Counted from the first letter of the stretch, positions 11,092 to 22,887 are shown. The stretch is DNA of 64,000 bases from Caldilineaceae bacterium (GCA_034428435.1 DAOUHY010000265.1:16408-80407); one strand, 5' to 3'. Program-made: numbers and translations. The notes: generated by a model from the letters alone, not told the origin.

Positions 11092-12089
11092 GAGCTTTGA
11101 TTGAGGAACTGTGCGGTGTCTTCGGCCCGAGCGGGCAGGAGGAACGGATCCGGGAGGTGATCAGCGGCCAACTGGACGGGCTGGTCGATGAGATGCGGAC
11201 GGACAGGCTCGGCAACCTGATCGGGGTGAAACGTCCGACCGTCAGCAGTGAAGGCGGCAAGCGGATCATGCTGGCTGCACACATGGACGAGATCGGTGTG
11301 ATGGTGACGCACGTTGACGCGCAGGGGTTCTGCCGCTTCACCACCATCGGAGGCGTGCTGATGAACTCCCTTATCGGCAGCCGCGTCCAATTTGCCAATG
11401 GCGTGGAAGGCGCGTTCGGGATGGAGGGCTCGCCGCTGGCGCGCGAACGGCCGACGCCGCAGAAGCTATTTCTGGACGTGGGGGCAGACTCGAAGGAAAA
11501 TGCGCGGGTTCAGGTTGGCGATACGGCCGTTTTTCGCAGTAGCTTCGGCGAGGTAGGGGACAGGTTGTTCGCTGCCAATTTGGATGACCGGATCGGGTGC
11601 GCGGTGCTTATCCAGACGCTGCGGGAGCTTGAGAGCTCCCCGCACGAAATCCTGGCCGTTTTCACGGTCCAGGAGGAAGTGGGTGTGCGCGGGGCCACGA
11701 CCGCGGGCTACGGACTGGAGCCGGAGATCATTCTTGCCATCGATGTTACGGCCACCGGTGACTTTCCGCAGGCGACGCCAATGGAGGTGGCGCTGGGGAA
11801 AGGCGCGGCAATCAAGGTCATGGACCGGCGCATGATTGCCCATCCAAAGGTACGCGGCTGGCTGGAAGACACAGCGCAGGCATTCGACATCCCTTACCAA
11901 TTGGAAGTGCTGGAGTTTGGCTCGACCGACGCCGCGGCAGTACAGGTCAGCCGCGCCGGCGTCCCCGCGGGGACGGTTTCCATTCCCTGCCGTTACGTTC
12001 ACTCCCCCTCGCAAGTAGCCGACTACAATGACGCGCTCGGCGCGGTACGCCTGCTGGTGAACGCGCTCAGCGGAGAGTATCCCTCGTAG
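11088..12089 (+). CDS. M42 family metallopeptidase, paralog 3
   Basis: LCGVFGPSGQEERIR, AAHMDEIGVMV and FTVQEEVGVRGA. The ATGA start/stop overlaps paralog 2. Confidence 0.9.
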   Translation: MRALIEELCGVFGPSGQEERIREVISGQLDGLVDEMRTDRLGNLIGVKRPTVSSEGGKRIMLAAHMDEIGVMVTHVDAQGFCRFTTIGGVLMNSLIGSRVQFANGVEGAFGMEGSPLARERPTPQKLFLDVGADSKENARVQVGDTAVFRSSFGEVGDRLFAANLDDRIGCAVLIQTLRELESSPHEILAVFTVQEEVGVRGATTAGYGLEPEIILAIDVTATGDFPQATPMEVALGKGAAIKVMDRRMIAHPKVRGWLEDTAQAFDIPYQLEVLEFGSTDAAAVQVSRAGVPAGTVSIPCRYVHSPSQVADYNDALGAVRLLVNALSGEYPS

Positions 12090-12147
12090 TCAGCATTTCG
12101 TTATCGCAAATCGAAAATCGCAGGGCGAGCCACAGATTCGGGCAGCT

Positions 12148-13251
12148 ATGCACAAACAGATTGCAGACCGTCTGACTGCCTGGCAGGCTCATCAGTTGCG
12201 GGACCTGCCATGGCGCAGGGACCCTGCCGGCGCGCGTGATGCGTACGCAGTCTGGGTCAGCGAGGTCATGGCTCAGCAGACGCGGCTGTCTGTTGTCGTG
12301 GACTATTTCAACCGCTGGATGGAGCGGTTCCCGACTCTGGAGACGCTGGCACGCGCAGACCAGCAGGAGGTCCTGAAACTGTGGGAGGGGCTGGGCTACT
12401 ACAGCAGGGCAAGGAATCTACACAGAGCTGCGCGGATTATTGCCGCTGAGTTTGGCGGTCAGTTGCCGCGGACACGGGCCGAACTGCTGTCGCTGCCCGG
12501 TATTGGCGAATATACAGCGGGCGCGATTCTCAGTTTGGCCTTCGGGCAGCACGAACCGGTTCTCGACGGAAACGCAAAACGGGTAATCAGCCGTTTGTGG
12601 GATGTTGACGCGAGGATCGAACTCCGTTCGACTGAGAGCCAGCTTTGGGGGCTTTCACGGAAGATGGTTGAGGCTGCGTCTGCGCCCGGCGCCATGAACG
12701 AAGGGTTGATGGAGTTGGGGGCAATTGTGTGCAGACGCCGCAATCCCCTCTGCGACTGCTGTCCAGTGCAGTCCTTTTGTTTGGCTCACAGGCGCGGCGT
12801 ACAGGAGGAGAGGCCGGTGCGCGCCCCGGTTCAGAAAGTCCCCCATGTTGAGTTCGCGGCCGCGATAATCTGGGAAGATGTGCCTGGTCAGTCACGAATG
12901 CTGATCAGTCAACGCCCTGAGAGGGGTCTTCTCGGCGGGCTCTGGTCCTTTCCCAACGGGGCAAGAGAGGCTGACGACGAGGACCTTCAGGCGTGTGTGA
13001 GGCGTGCTGTATGCGAAAGTCTGGGCGTGGCGGTACGTGTTGGGGAGAGGGCGGCTACAGTGGAGCACGCGTTTACCCATTTCCGCATGACTCTTACGGC
13101 CTTCCACGCGCGAATCACTGCGGGAGAGCCCCAGGCTGTTGGCGTAGCCGACTGGTGCTGGACCTCGCTGGACGAGATTGAAGAGTTCCCCTCTCCCGTT
13201 CCGGATCGCAAGATTATCGCCGCTTTGCGCGACTTTGCGGAAAGCGCCTAA
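12148..13251 (+). CDS. mutY: A/G-specific adenine DNA glycosylase
   Basis: VSEVMAQQTRLSVVVDYF (HhH-GPD), 4Fe-4S cluster loop CRRRNPLCDCCPVQSFC, and a C-terminal NUDIX-like domain. Confidence 0.93.
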   Translation: MHKQIADRLTAWQAHQLRDLPWRRDPAGARDAYAVWVSEVMAQQTRLSVVVDYFNRWMERFPTLETLARADQQEVLKLWEGLGYYSRARNLHRAARIIAAEFGGQLPRTRAELLSLPGIGEYTAGAILSLAFGQHEPVLDGNAKRVISRLWDVDARIELRSTESQLWGLSRKMVEAASAPGAMNEGLMELGAIVCRRRNPLCDCCPVQSFCLAHRRGVQEERPVRAPVQKVPHVEFAAAIIWEDVPGQSRMLISQRPERGLLGGLWSFPNGAREADDEDLQACVRRAVCESLGVAVRVGERAATVEHAFTHFRMTLTAFHARITAGEPQAVGVADWCWTSLDEIEEFPSPVPDRKIIAALRDFAESA

Positions 13252-13598
13252 GCGCACACAAAGACTAAGGTAGTTCCTCTCTCGTTCGATTCTCAGGGTG
13301 AATCGCAGGTTGTTTTGCGGACGGCTTCGCAGTTGACGGGGCCCACTGGCGCTCACACTCGTTGCAGAGCCGACCGCATCCCCGCTCTACGCAGCAGGGG
13401 CAATGAAGGCAGTTTCTGCCGCTTCGTAGCTGCAAGAGGAGGCGCGGTTGGACCTCTTTGGACGACGTCAGGGTTGACTCTTGCTTGCTTGTGAACAGGG
13501 TGGAAGCAGGGTTTATGACGCACAGACAGCGTTGGGCCCTGGTTGCGGGCGTGATTCCCAGCATTGAAGCCGCTGCCTGCCGAGGACCGGGTGTATGA

Positions 13599-15101
<1,503 letters not shown>

Positions 15102-15235
15102 CGCGTTAATGGGTACTGTCCCGTCCTATATCAGAGCACTGCCGGGGCCGCAATTTTTGAAACTTGCGGCCGCCGGTTTCCGGGATAGGCAGCCAATCGA
15201 AGCATATGTGCGGCCGCCCGATCCTAGTGTCTAGG

Positions 15236-16015
15236 CTATTTGTCATTATTGCCGGCTGCCTCTTCAGGAGCAGGCTCAGTGCCGTTTTCGCTAGGCACGT
15301 TGACCTGGCCGTCTACGACGGAGACGATGTCACTGCTGTCGCCGAGGACCTCGTCCACGATGCCGAAGTCGCGGGCTTCGATGGCGTTCATCCAGCGGTC
15401 GCGCTGAAAGATTTCTTCGATCTCCTGCCAAGGGTGACCGGTCTGTTGACCCACGATATGAAAGAGCTGGGTCTGAAGGCGTTCCTGCTCTCTCAAGGCG
15501 ATGCGCACATCCTCGGTGTAGCCCTGTGCGCCGCCGCCGGCGGGATGCATGTGGATGGTGGCATGGGGCAGAGCATAGCGTTTGCCCTTTGTGCCGGAGC
15601 AGAGCAGGACAGTGCCCATGCTGGCGGTAACGCCGACGGCGAAGGTATGAATCGGGGTCTGAATCATCTTCATCGTGTCATAGATGGCCAGGCCGGCGTA
15701 GATGAGGCCGCCTGGGCAGTGAATAAACATCTGGATCGGTTGATTGGGGTCTTCCGAATTCAGGTAGAGCAGCTGAGCAACGATCAGATTGGCAACCTGA
15801 TCGGAAAGGGGCATACCGAGAAAGATGATGCGCTCCTTCAGAAGGAGGCTGTAGATGTCGTAGGCGCGTTCACCGCGACCCGTGCTCTCGATTACCATCG
15901 GGACTATGTTCGTCGGGGAAAGGCTGCCGGGCAGACCCGGCCAGTCGTTCGATTGGGCTTGATTGTGTGGCTGCGACCCGTGGGCCGAGATCTTGTCTTC
16001 AAAAGGATTGAACAT
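15236..16015 (-). CDS. clpP: ATP-dependent Clp protease proteolytic subunit
   Basis: [19 protein letters not shown], catalytic Ser context TASMGTVLL and His context HATIHMHP. There are short N- and C-terminal extensions. GGGGAG is the RBS. Confidence 0.96.
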   Translation of the reverse strand: MFNPFEDKISAHGSQPHNQAQSNDWPGLPGSLSPTNIVPMVIESTGRGERAYDIYSLLLKERIIFLGMPLSDQVANLIVAQLLYLNSEDPNQPIQMFIHCPGGLIYAGLAIYDTMKMIQTPIHTFAVGVTASMGTVLLCSGTKGKRYALPHATIHMHPAGGGAQGYTEDVRIALREQERLQTQLFHIVGQQTGHPWQEIEEIFQRDRWMNAIEARDFGIVDEVLGDSSDIVSVVDGQVNVPSENGTEPAPEEAAGNNDK

Positions 16016-16180
16016 CGGGAGCTCCCCTTTTCGGCTGATGGTTGCGACGTGGACGGATCCTCAGTTCAGCCGGTGGTGTTGCCAACCGACCGTATGGAAC
16101 AGTGCGCATTGTAATGGTTGCATGCGACGAGAAATGTAGTGTCCGCTCTATTCTGCATTAGACTTTCGTTTGCGAGGTTC

Positions 16181-17671
16181 TCAGGCGTCGGCGGACTCTT
16201 CGGTTGCCGCCTCAGGCGCGGCCGCCTCATCGCCTGGCTCGGATTCAGCTGCGGTCTCTGTTTGCGCGGAGGCTTCGGCGTCAGACTGCTCATCCTCCTG
16301 AGAATCACTCTCGCCGGCTTCGGGTTCGGGGATATCTTCGCCGCGGGCGATCGCCATGAGCAGGTTGACCGATTTTTCGCGGAGAATTTCACTTTCAATG
16401 AGTGGGCGGCTGTGTTCGGCCCGCATCATTTCGAGCATGTCGTCGCGTGCCTTTACCGCTTCCTCGTCAGCGTCTTCCGGTAGCGGGGCGGCCACATCGC
16501 CGATGTGTGCCTCGAACTCTTCTTCGCTGACAGACAGCTTTTCGCAGGATGAGAGCTCTACCAAGGCCAACTCGATCTGCAGCGACTTTTCGGCGTCTTC
16601 GCGCAGCGATTCGCGATAGTCTTCAATGGTCTGGCCGGACATCTCCAGATACTGCTCCATTCCCTGCAAACCCATCTGGCGGATGCGCATATCGAAATTG
16701 CGCACGAGGCGGTCGATCTCGAGGTCGACGGCGATGGGTGGATAGGCGAGGTCGCTGATGTCTACCAGTTCCTGCAGTACTTTCTGGGTATGCTCGGCTT
16801 CCGCTTGTTGCGCGGCCTCTTGCAACGCGTTCTCACGAAGGTCGTCGAGCAGGTCTGCGGCGGTCTCAAAATCGGGGCCGAAATTCTGCGCGATCTCGTC
16901 TGTCAGTTCAGCCGGTGTTTCGAAGGCCTGTGTCTTGTGGACTTTCACCGAAAAAAGGACGGTACTGCCGGCGTACATGCTGGGACTATCTTCGGGCCAA
17001 GCGATCTCAAAACTCTTTTCTTCGCCCGGGGACAGTCCCACCAGCTCCTCATCCAGACCGGCCGGTTCCATTGGGTTTTCCTGGTCCGGGGTTACATCCC
17101 AGTCTTCTTCATCGAAGACGACGGTATCGGTTTCGTCGCCATTGTCATCCAAGGCAACGCCTTTCAGGTCGATCGTCATCAGGTCGCCGTACTGGCTGGG
17201 ACGGTCGGCCTCAACGTAATCGGCATTCTGTTCGAGGATGGCTTGGACGCGCTCCTGAATCTGTTCTTCGTCAGCCTCGACCTCCTCTTCTTCTACGCGC
17301 AAGCCGCGGTAGTCGCCCAGGCTTACCTCTGGGGGAAGGGGTATGGTGAGGTGAAAGCGGACCTCTTGCTCCATGTCAACGTTGTCAAGAGTTCCCATGA
17401 AGTAGGGTTCCAAGCCTTCCTGTTCGATGGCCTCCTTGTAGACCTCCTGCCCCAATTCGTCGACAAACTCGTTGACGATCGCTTCTCGACCTACGAATTG
17501 AAGCAAGATATGAAAGGGCACGCGTCCCTTGCGGAAGCCGGGAATGCGCACCTGTTGAGCGATTTTGCGTGCAGCCTTTCGCATTTCCCGGTCGATGCGC
17601 TCCTCAGCGACTTCGATTGTCATTGCGAGCTGGCGGCTGTCCATTGGTTCTGTGGTAACGGTCAAAGTCAT
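16181..17671 (-). CDS. tig: Trigger factor
   Basis: Ribosome-binding signature IPGFRKGRVP, an acidic C-terminal tail, and the conserved tig-clpP-clpX order. Confidence 0.95.
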   Translation of the reverse strand: MTLTVTTEPMDSRQLAMTIEVAEERIDREMRKAARKIAQQVRIPGFRKGRVPFHILLQFVGREAIVNEFVDELGQEVYKEAIEQEGLEPYFMGTLDNVDMEQEVRFHLTIPLPPEVSLGDYRGLRVEEEEVEADEEQIQERVQAILEQNADYVEADRPSQYGDLMTIDLKGVALDDNGDETDTVVFDEEDWDVTPDQENPMEPAGLDEELVGLSPGEEKSFEIAWPEDSPSMYAGSTVLFSVKVHKTQAFETPAELTDEIAQNFGPDFETAADLLDDLRENALQEAAQQAEAEHTQKVLQELVDISDLAYPPIAVDLEIDRLVRNFDMRIRQMGLQGMEQYLEMSGQTIEDYRESLREDAEKSLQIELALVELSSCEKLSVSEEEFEAHIGDVAAPLPEDADEEAVKARDDMLEMMRAEHSRPLIESEILREKSVNLLMAIARGEDIPEPEAGESDSQEDEQSDAEASAQTETAAESEPGDEAAAPEAATEESADA

Positions 17672-17708
17672 CGTACCTTGCCTCTCATTGAATCTTGATA
17701 GCAGAAGC

Positions 17709-18239
17709 TTAAAGGGCGTCGCCGCCCAGTGTAAGAATGGTCATAAGCGGTCCGGCGGCGTAATGTTCCTTCTTCGCCCATACGCCGTATGTGTATAGGG
17801 CTGCGAGCGTGGCGGTGTAGGCGAGCACGCCGGCAGGCCCGTGTTCAGGGAAGAAGGAGACTGATATTATCACGCACAGAAAGAGATTGGAGAACAGCAA
17901 AAAGGTGGAGACAGATCTTGTACAGCGTCCCAACTTCGGCACGTCTACCAAGGCGAAGCCGCGCCACTTTCCGGGAAAGAGATCGAATGCCAAGTGAAGC
18001 GCCACGCCTGCCGCAAAGCCGGTGACGAGCCAGCCGGTCCATTCAACGGATGTAAAGGCCCACCCGGCCCATAGCAGGGCGGGCATCAGGAAGCTGTGGG
18101 TGACGATTGACCTGTGGCGAAGGCGGAAGATGCTGAACCGGTCGATGTCCGGAAAAAGGGTTCCCAGCCATGCTCCGAAAGCGAAGCAAGCAAAGCCTAT
18201 CGCAACTGTCAGCAGGTCAGGGCCGGCGAAGTCGAGCAC
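17709..18239 (-). CDS. Membrane-bound metal-dependent hydrolase, YdjM-like (DUF457)
   Basis: FPDIDRFS...HRSIVTHSF motif plus 4-5 TM helices. The assignment is from recalled family motifs. Confidence 0.55.
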   Translation of the reverse strand: MLDFAGPDLLTVAIGFACFAFGAWLGTLFPDIDRFSIFRLRHRSIVTHSFLMPALLWAGWAFTSVEWTGWLVTGFAAGVALHLAFDLFPGKWRGFALVDVPKLGRCTRSVSTFLLFSNLFLCVIISVSFFPEHGPAGVLAYTATLAALYTYGVWAKKEHYAAGPLMTILTLGGDAL

Positions 18240-18446
18240 GTGGAACGTCCGCTGTTATCAATGGGCGTCCGATATCCAACTGCGCGGGGAGACATGCTGG
18301 ACCCGCGCGGGATGCTACTGAATTCTGGATCGCCACCTTTCAGTATAGCACACGAAAGAGTCGACGACACAAAACGAGCAGGTTTTTTATGTGTTAACGT
18401 AGGTGAAAGTCACGGGGGTTGAACAGAGCGGTGAGGCAGGTCTGAG

Positions 18447-20519
18447 TCAAGTCCGTTTGAAGGCCCGCTCCAGTTCACCGGCGCTCAGCTTCAGCATAGT
18501 GGGCCGCCCGTGAGGGCAGGTGCGGGGGGCCCGACATCTTTCTAATTGGCGCACCAACTCCTTCATCTCGATGTCGCTCAGGATCTGGCCCGCCTTGATC
18601 GACGCCCGCTTGCACACCATTTTCACCAGGCGCGCCTCCAGCTCCTCCCCCACCAGGTCCCGGCTCTCTGCCAGGCCCTGCACTATCTCATCGAGGGCGC
18701 GTTCAGAGTCCTGGTTTGAAAGGATACCGGGTACGGAGCGCACGAGGAAGGTATCGCCGCCGAAATGTTCGGCGTCAAAGCCGATGGCGTTGAGGGCGTG
18801 CAGGTGTTGCGCCACCAGACCGGCGCGTGAATCGCCGACATGGAGAGTGATCGGAGTCAACAGGCCTTGTCGAGCCACACCGCCCGCTGCGCCGCGATTT
18901 TGGCGCTGGGCCATGAATTTCTCGTACAGAATCCGTTCGTGGGCGGCGTGCTGATCAATCAGATAGAGCCCCTCCGGTCCTTCGGCGACAACGTAGGTTG
19001 CGCCGGCCTGGCCCACTACGCGAAGGGGCGGGAGCGCTTGCTCATCGGGATGCGGGGACGCGTCCGGTCCGGCGGCAGCCGGAGGGTGTGAATCGGCAGG
19101 CGGCTTGTTCGGCGCGTCCAGAGGTGGGTCCACGACAGGATGGTCAACGGGAGGAAGCTCGAAAGGCATTGCTGGTTGCCTGCCGACGCCGGCGTTGAGA
19201 ATCGCGTGGCGACGGGCAGACCAACCGGACTGTTGGAGGTGATCCTGATCTTGTGGTGCACTGTCTGCGGAAGGCCAGCTTGCATGTGCCTCGGCCGGTC
19301 GACCACCCTCTTGGTCCAGCCCCACGGTTGGCACACCGGCGCTGTCGATAACCGCGCGGCGCACGGTGCCTTGGACAGCACTGAAGACTTTTTTGGGATC
19401 GACGAAACGCACCTCTGTCTTGCGCGGGTGCACGTTGACGTCGACCTCTGAAGGATCCAGGTCGACAAAGAGTACCGCCATCGGAAAACGCCCGACGGGT
19501 AGCAAGGTATGATACGCCTGTACGACGGCGTGGGTGAGGCTGCGATCTTCGACGTAGCGCCTGTTGATGAACAGGTTGATCTGGGCGCGAGTGGGGCGGG
19601 TGAGGGTCAGGGAACTGACGTAGCCACTTACGAGCACCGCCCGGGGATAAGCAGATGATGCGCGGCCCGTTTGGCGAGGCAGTATATGGCCGGCAACAGG
19701 TGGAGAGACTGGAGCGGGGCCACCGGCCGCGTCAGGCATGAAATCGATTTCGTCCTCTTGCGGCGGCCGTTCCGGCTGGGAAGGGGTGTCAGCCTCGTCA
19801 GAAACGGTGGCACCCGCATGGCGGGCACCAGATTCTGGGCGCGAACGGCCAACGCCTATCATCTGCTGGACATTTTCGCGCCCGTAAATTTTGGCCAATA
19901 CATCGTGAATGCGACCGGTGCCCTCGGTGAAGAAGGAGAGCTTACCATCGCTGACGAATCTGAAACGGCAGTCCGGGTAGGCTAATGCATAGCGCTGGAC
20001 GATGGCGGCGATGTTGCCAGACTCGGTTGCCGGACGCCGCAGGAATTTGCGTCTGGCCGGTGTGTTGAAAAAGATGTTTTCGACGGTGACGACTGTGCCG
20101 GCGGGCAGTCCGGCGGGCTGGTCGCGGGTGACTTTTCCGCCTTCGATGCGCAGCTCCGCGCCTGACTCGTCACCGCAGCGGCGGCTCTTGAGAGTCATTT
20201 GGCTGACTGCAGCGATGCTGTAGAGGGCTTCGCCGCGAAAGCCGAATGAGGTTATGCAGTCGAGGTCTGCGGCGCTGCCCAGCTTGCTGGTAGCGTGTCG
20301 CTGCGCGGCCAGGGGCAGTTCGGCGGCGGGTATGCCATGCCCGTCGTCGGTCACCTGCAGGAGGCGCTGCCCCCCTTCTCTGATTTCGATCTGAACCTCG
20401 GTCGCGCCGGCGTCGAGGCTGTTCTCGATCAGCTCTTTGGCGACATTGGCAGGGCGTTCAACCACTTCACCGGCGGCGATTTTGGCGGCGACATCCTGGG
20501 AAAGCAACTGAATGGCCAT
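18447..20519 (-). CDS. mutL: DNA mismatch repair endonuclease MutL
   Basis: AAGEVVERPANVAKELIENSLDAGA (GHKL ATPase) and the C-terminal endonuclease motif DQHAAHERILYE. Confidence 0.95.
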   Translation of the reverse strand: MAIQLLSQDVAAKIAAGEVVERPANVAKELIENSLDAGATEVQIEIREGGQRLLQVTDDGHGIPAAELPLAAQRHATSKLGSAADLDCITSFGFRGEALYSIAAVSQMTLKSRRCGDESGAELRIEGGKVTRDQPAGLPAGTVVTVENIFFNTPARRKFLRRPATESGNIAAIVQRYALAYPDCRFRFVSDGKLSFFTEGTGRIHDVLAKIYGRENVQQMIGVGRSRPESGARHAGATVSDEADTPSQPERPPQEDEIDFMPDAAGGPAPVSPPVAGHILPRQTGRASSAYPRAVLVSGYVSSLTLTRPTRAQINLFINRRYVEDRSLTHAVVQAYHTLLPVGRFPMAVLFVDLDPSEVDVNVHPRKTEVRFVDPKKVFSAVQGTVRRAVIDSAGVPTVGLDQEGGRPAEAHASWPSADSAPQDQDHLQQSGWSARRHAILNAGVGRQPAMPFELPPVDHPVVDPPLDAPNKPPADSHPPAAAGPDASPHPDEQALPPLRVVGQAGATYVVAEGPEGLYLIDQHAAHERILYEKFMAQRQNRGAAGGVARQGLLTPITLHVGDSRAGLVAQHLHALNAIGFDAEHFGGDTFLVRSVPGILSNQDSERALDEIVQGLAESRDLVGEELEARLVKMVCKRASIKAGQILSDIEMKELVRQLERCRAPRTCPHGRPTMLKLSAGELERAFKRT

Positions 20520-20618
20520 AGTGGGGTAAGTATACCATTTATGCGCGCGATCGTTCCCCGCGCAGGGCCTCTCGATGGCGCCGGAGAGACTCTAATCTGA
20601 TAATGAAGTTCTGGAAGA

Positions 20619-22316
20619 CTACTCTGGTGCGACTTCTGGTTGACTGTGAGGAGCACTTTCGCGGACTGTGTTCACGAAGAGATGTTCTTGGCCAGCTACA
20701 TCGACAATGAGTACGGCGACGGTGCAAGCCGGCGAGGCGTTGCTCGGCCGCCCTCCGCCATCGCCGGAAGGAGCAAAGGAGTAGACACCTGAGACAAGAA
20801 CGTTTTTGCCCGCAGGTGCATCAACCAGCGCCGCCCGAAGGGAGATGCCGTCATAATCCGAATCGATTAGCACGGCCCGCACCTGTGCACGCCAGTCGCG
20901 AGGCAACGACACCTTTGCCTTTCCGGCCAAAATGGCCACTTGCGGGCTGTGAAACTTATCGATTCGAACTGTCAGCAGGCCTTCCGCCCGCTCACACTGG
21001 ATCTGTGCACCGGATGTCGAGGTGGTTACAGATTGGTGATGGCCGTCCTTGGCGGAGTCGCCAACGCAAACACGAAGTATGCGATATCCGCTATCGGCAC
21101 CAGAGCCATGAGCACCGGATCCATGCCTCGCATTGGCGCTACCGGCACCGACTGCTTGGTCAGAAGCCGGGGAGGAAGGGCGCCGGCTCAGGCGACAGGC
21201 GGTTGTACGCACGGCGCGCCAAGAGCTGTCGCAGCCGATCCAGTCACGGCCCAGCTTGCGGGCGACTGCCAGCGTGGTGCCGGAGCCGGCGAAGGGATCG
21301 AGAATCAGATCTCCGGGGCGGCTGGCAGTTTCAAGGATTCGCTGAAGCAGCCTCTCAGTCTTCTGGGTTGGGTAGTTTTCGTCCTCCCCGGGAACGGTTC
21401 CAAGTCCGGGGACATCGTCCCAGAGATTGTCGACCGGTCGCGTGAGAAGGTAGCGGTTGGGGCCGCTCTTCTTGAGGTAGTATTTTACGCCGATGTTTCC
21501 GCCCTTGGAGGCAAAAACTCTCTGCGCGTCTTCGTCGACGAGGACCTCGCCGCCGTACGGGGCGTAGAGTCGCCCTTCTTCGAAGAGGGCCTTCAGTCGC
21601 TCGAAGCTATATGTACCGGGGTCCGATGTGCGGAAGAAGCCGAGCTTGTCACGCATGTACTGCGACGCAGCGGCTTCCTCGGTGAGAACGAGTTCGCGTT
21701 TAGGGGCATTCCATGGGGGACGCCCGCGGGGCGTGCTGCGAAAGATGTGAATGGCCTGGGCACTGTGGGGAAAGTAACGGGCGTGGACTTTGGCCCCGCG
21801 CATTGTCTGACTACGCCAGAAAACCGTATTGAGATGCGACTCGGAGCCGAAAATCTCTTCCAGCAGAAGAAGTAGATGTGCCTGCATGCGGTGATCGCAG
21901 TGCAGCCAGAGGGTACCGTCCTCGTGCAAGAGCTCGCGCAGGAGGAGAAGGCGGCCGGCCAGAAACTGGAGGTATCCTTCCGGTTGCCAAACATCGTCGT
22001 ATGCGGCGGCTTCGCCCAGGGTGGCCTGCCCCCTCCCACGCAAACGAATGCGGCTAGTGTATGTGCGGTTCGAGCTATATGGTGGATCCAGGTAAACCAG
22101 ACCAACGCGGCCGCGATAGCCCTGGGCCAGCAGCCAGGAGAGTGCATCGAAGTTGTCGCCATACAGGAGGAGACCCTCTTTGCCGCCGTTTCGCTGTGCG
22201 TAGCTTTCCAGCTGACGCGCACGGGGCCTGGAGGGTACGGACGTCAGCCGCTTGCCAGGCCACGTCAGGCTGATCTGACCCACTTTGCGATTTGGCGGTG
22301 GGGTCTCGGCTGTCAT
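20619..22316 (-). CDS. Site-specific DNA methyltransferase (N6-adenine/N4-cytosine, beta-class motif order) with extra C-terminal domain
   Basis: The catalytic VYLDPPYSSN motif precedes the AdoMet motif ILDPFAGSGTTLAVA. YPTQKTERLL is typical of the N6_N4_Mtase/Mod-like family. About 180 aa of the C-terminus has no motif I recognise. Confidence 0.88.
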   Translation of the reverse strand: MTAETPPPNRKVGQISLTWPGKRLTSVPSRPRARQLESYAQRNGGKEGLLLYGDNFDALSWLLAQGYRGRVGLVYLDPPYSSNRTYTSRIRLRGRGQATLGEAAAYDDVWQPEGYLQFLAGRLLLLRELLHEDGTLWLHCDHRMQAHLLLLLEEIFGSESHLNTVFWRSQTMRGAKVHARYFPHSAQAIHIFRSTPRGRPPWNAPKRELVLTEEAAASQYMRDKLGFFRTSDPGTYSFERLKALFEEGRLYAPYGGEVLVDEDAQRVFASKGGNIGVKYYLKKSGPNRYLLTRPVDNLWDDVPGLGTVPGEDENYPTQKTERLLQRILETASRPGDLILDPFAGSGTTLAVARKLGRDWIGCDSSWRAVRTTACRLSRRPSSPASDQAVGAGSANARHGSGAHGSGADSGYRILRVCVGDSAKDGHHQSVTTSTSGAQIQCERAEGLLTVRIDKFHSPQVAILAGKAKVSLPRDWRAQVRAVLIDSDYDGISLRAALVDAPAGKNVLVSGVYSFAPSGDGGGRPSNASPACTVAVLIVDVAGQEHLFVNTVRESAPHSQPEVAPE

Positions 22317-22420
22317 GGCGTTCGTGAGGTCCAGTTATCGTTGTGCCGGTCGAAAATGGATCGGGGCAATCCGATAAGGTCGGGGCCAACATTGGCTGCG
22401 CCGGACAAGACCCGGCGTCC

Positions 22421-22460
22421 AATCGAAAGACCCGGCAGCCTGTTTGCTTGCTGCCGGGTC
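22421..22460 (-). terminator. Putative intrinsic terminator after the molybdoenzyme/CysO-like operon
   Basis: 11-bp stem GACCCGGCAGC (22429-22439) / GCTGCCGGGTC (22450-22460). On the minus strand it is followed by TTTCGATT, which is an imperfect U-tract. Confidence 0.4.
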
Positions 22461-22606
22461 TCTGGCTTTGAATTCGTTTGGCCACTGCCAGGCGTTTCCT
22501 GGCAGGCCAAGCAGACGGACGGGCACCTACTTTGGGCTGTACAGGTCTTCCGAGGGCGCATCGGCATCGCGGCGGTCGGAAGACGCAGGATCCCCGAAGG
22601 GGCAGT

Positions 22607-22885
22607 TCAGATCCGGTCAGTATTGCCGCCGGTCATCGCGGGAACGAAATGCACTTCGCTGTCCGGCCCCACGGCTGCGCGCAGGCCGCGATTCTGGACG
22701 GCGCCGTCGACGGCGACGGTCCAGCCGGGGCGGATGCGTCCTTCGTCGATGATGCGTTCAGCAACGCCCGGGAATTGTACCTCCAGGGCTGCGACCAACT
22801 CGCGCACCGATTCGCCCTCGGCCTCGACGATCTGCTGGCCGTTGGTAAGCGAGCGCATCAACGGCGGAATCCAGACTTTGGCCAC
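22607..22885 (-). CDS. CysO/MoaD/ThiS-family ubiquitin-like sulfur carrier with C-terminal extension beyond GG
   Basis: VWIPPLMRSLTNGQQIVEAEGESVRELV...DSEVHFVPAMTGG followed by NTDRI. The GTG start is 2 nt after the upstream stop. Confidence 0.8.
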   Translation of the reverse strand: MAKVWIPPLMRSLTNGQQIVEAEGESVRELVAALEVQFPGVAERIIDEGRIRPGWTVAVDGAVQNRGLRAAVGPDSEVHFVPAMTGGNTDRI

Positions 22886-22887
22886 GC

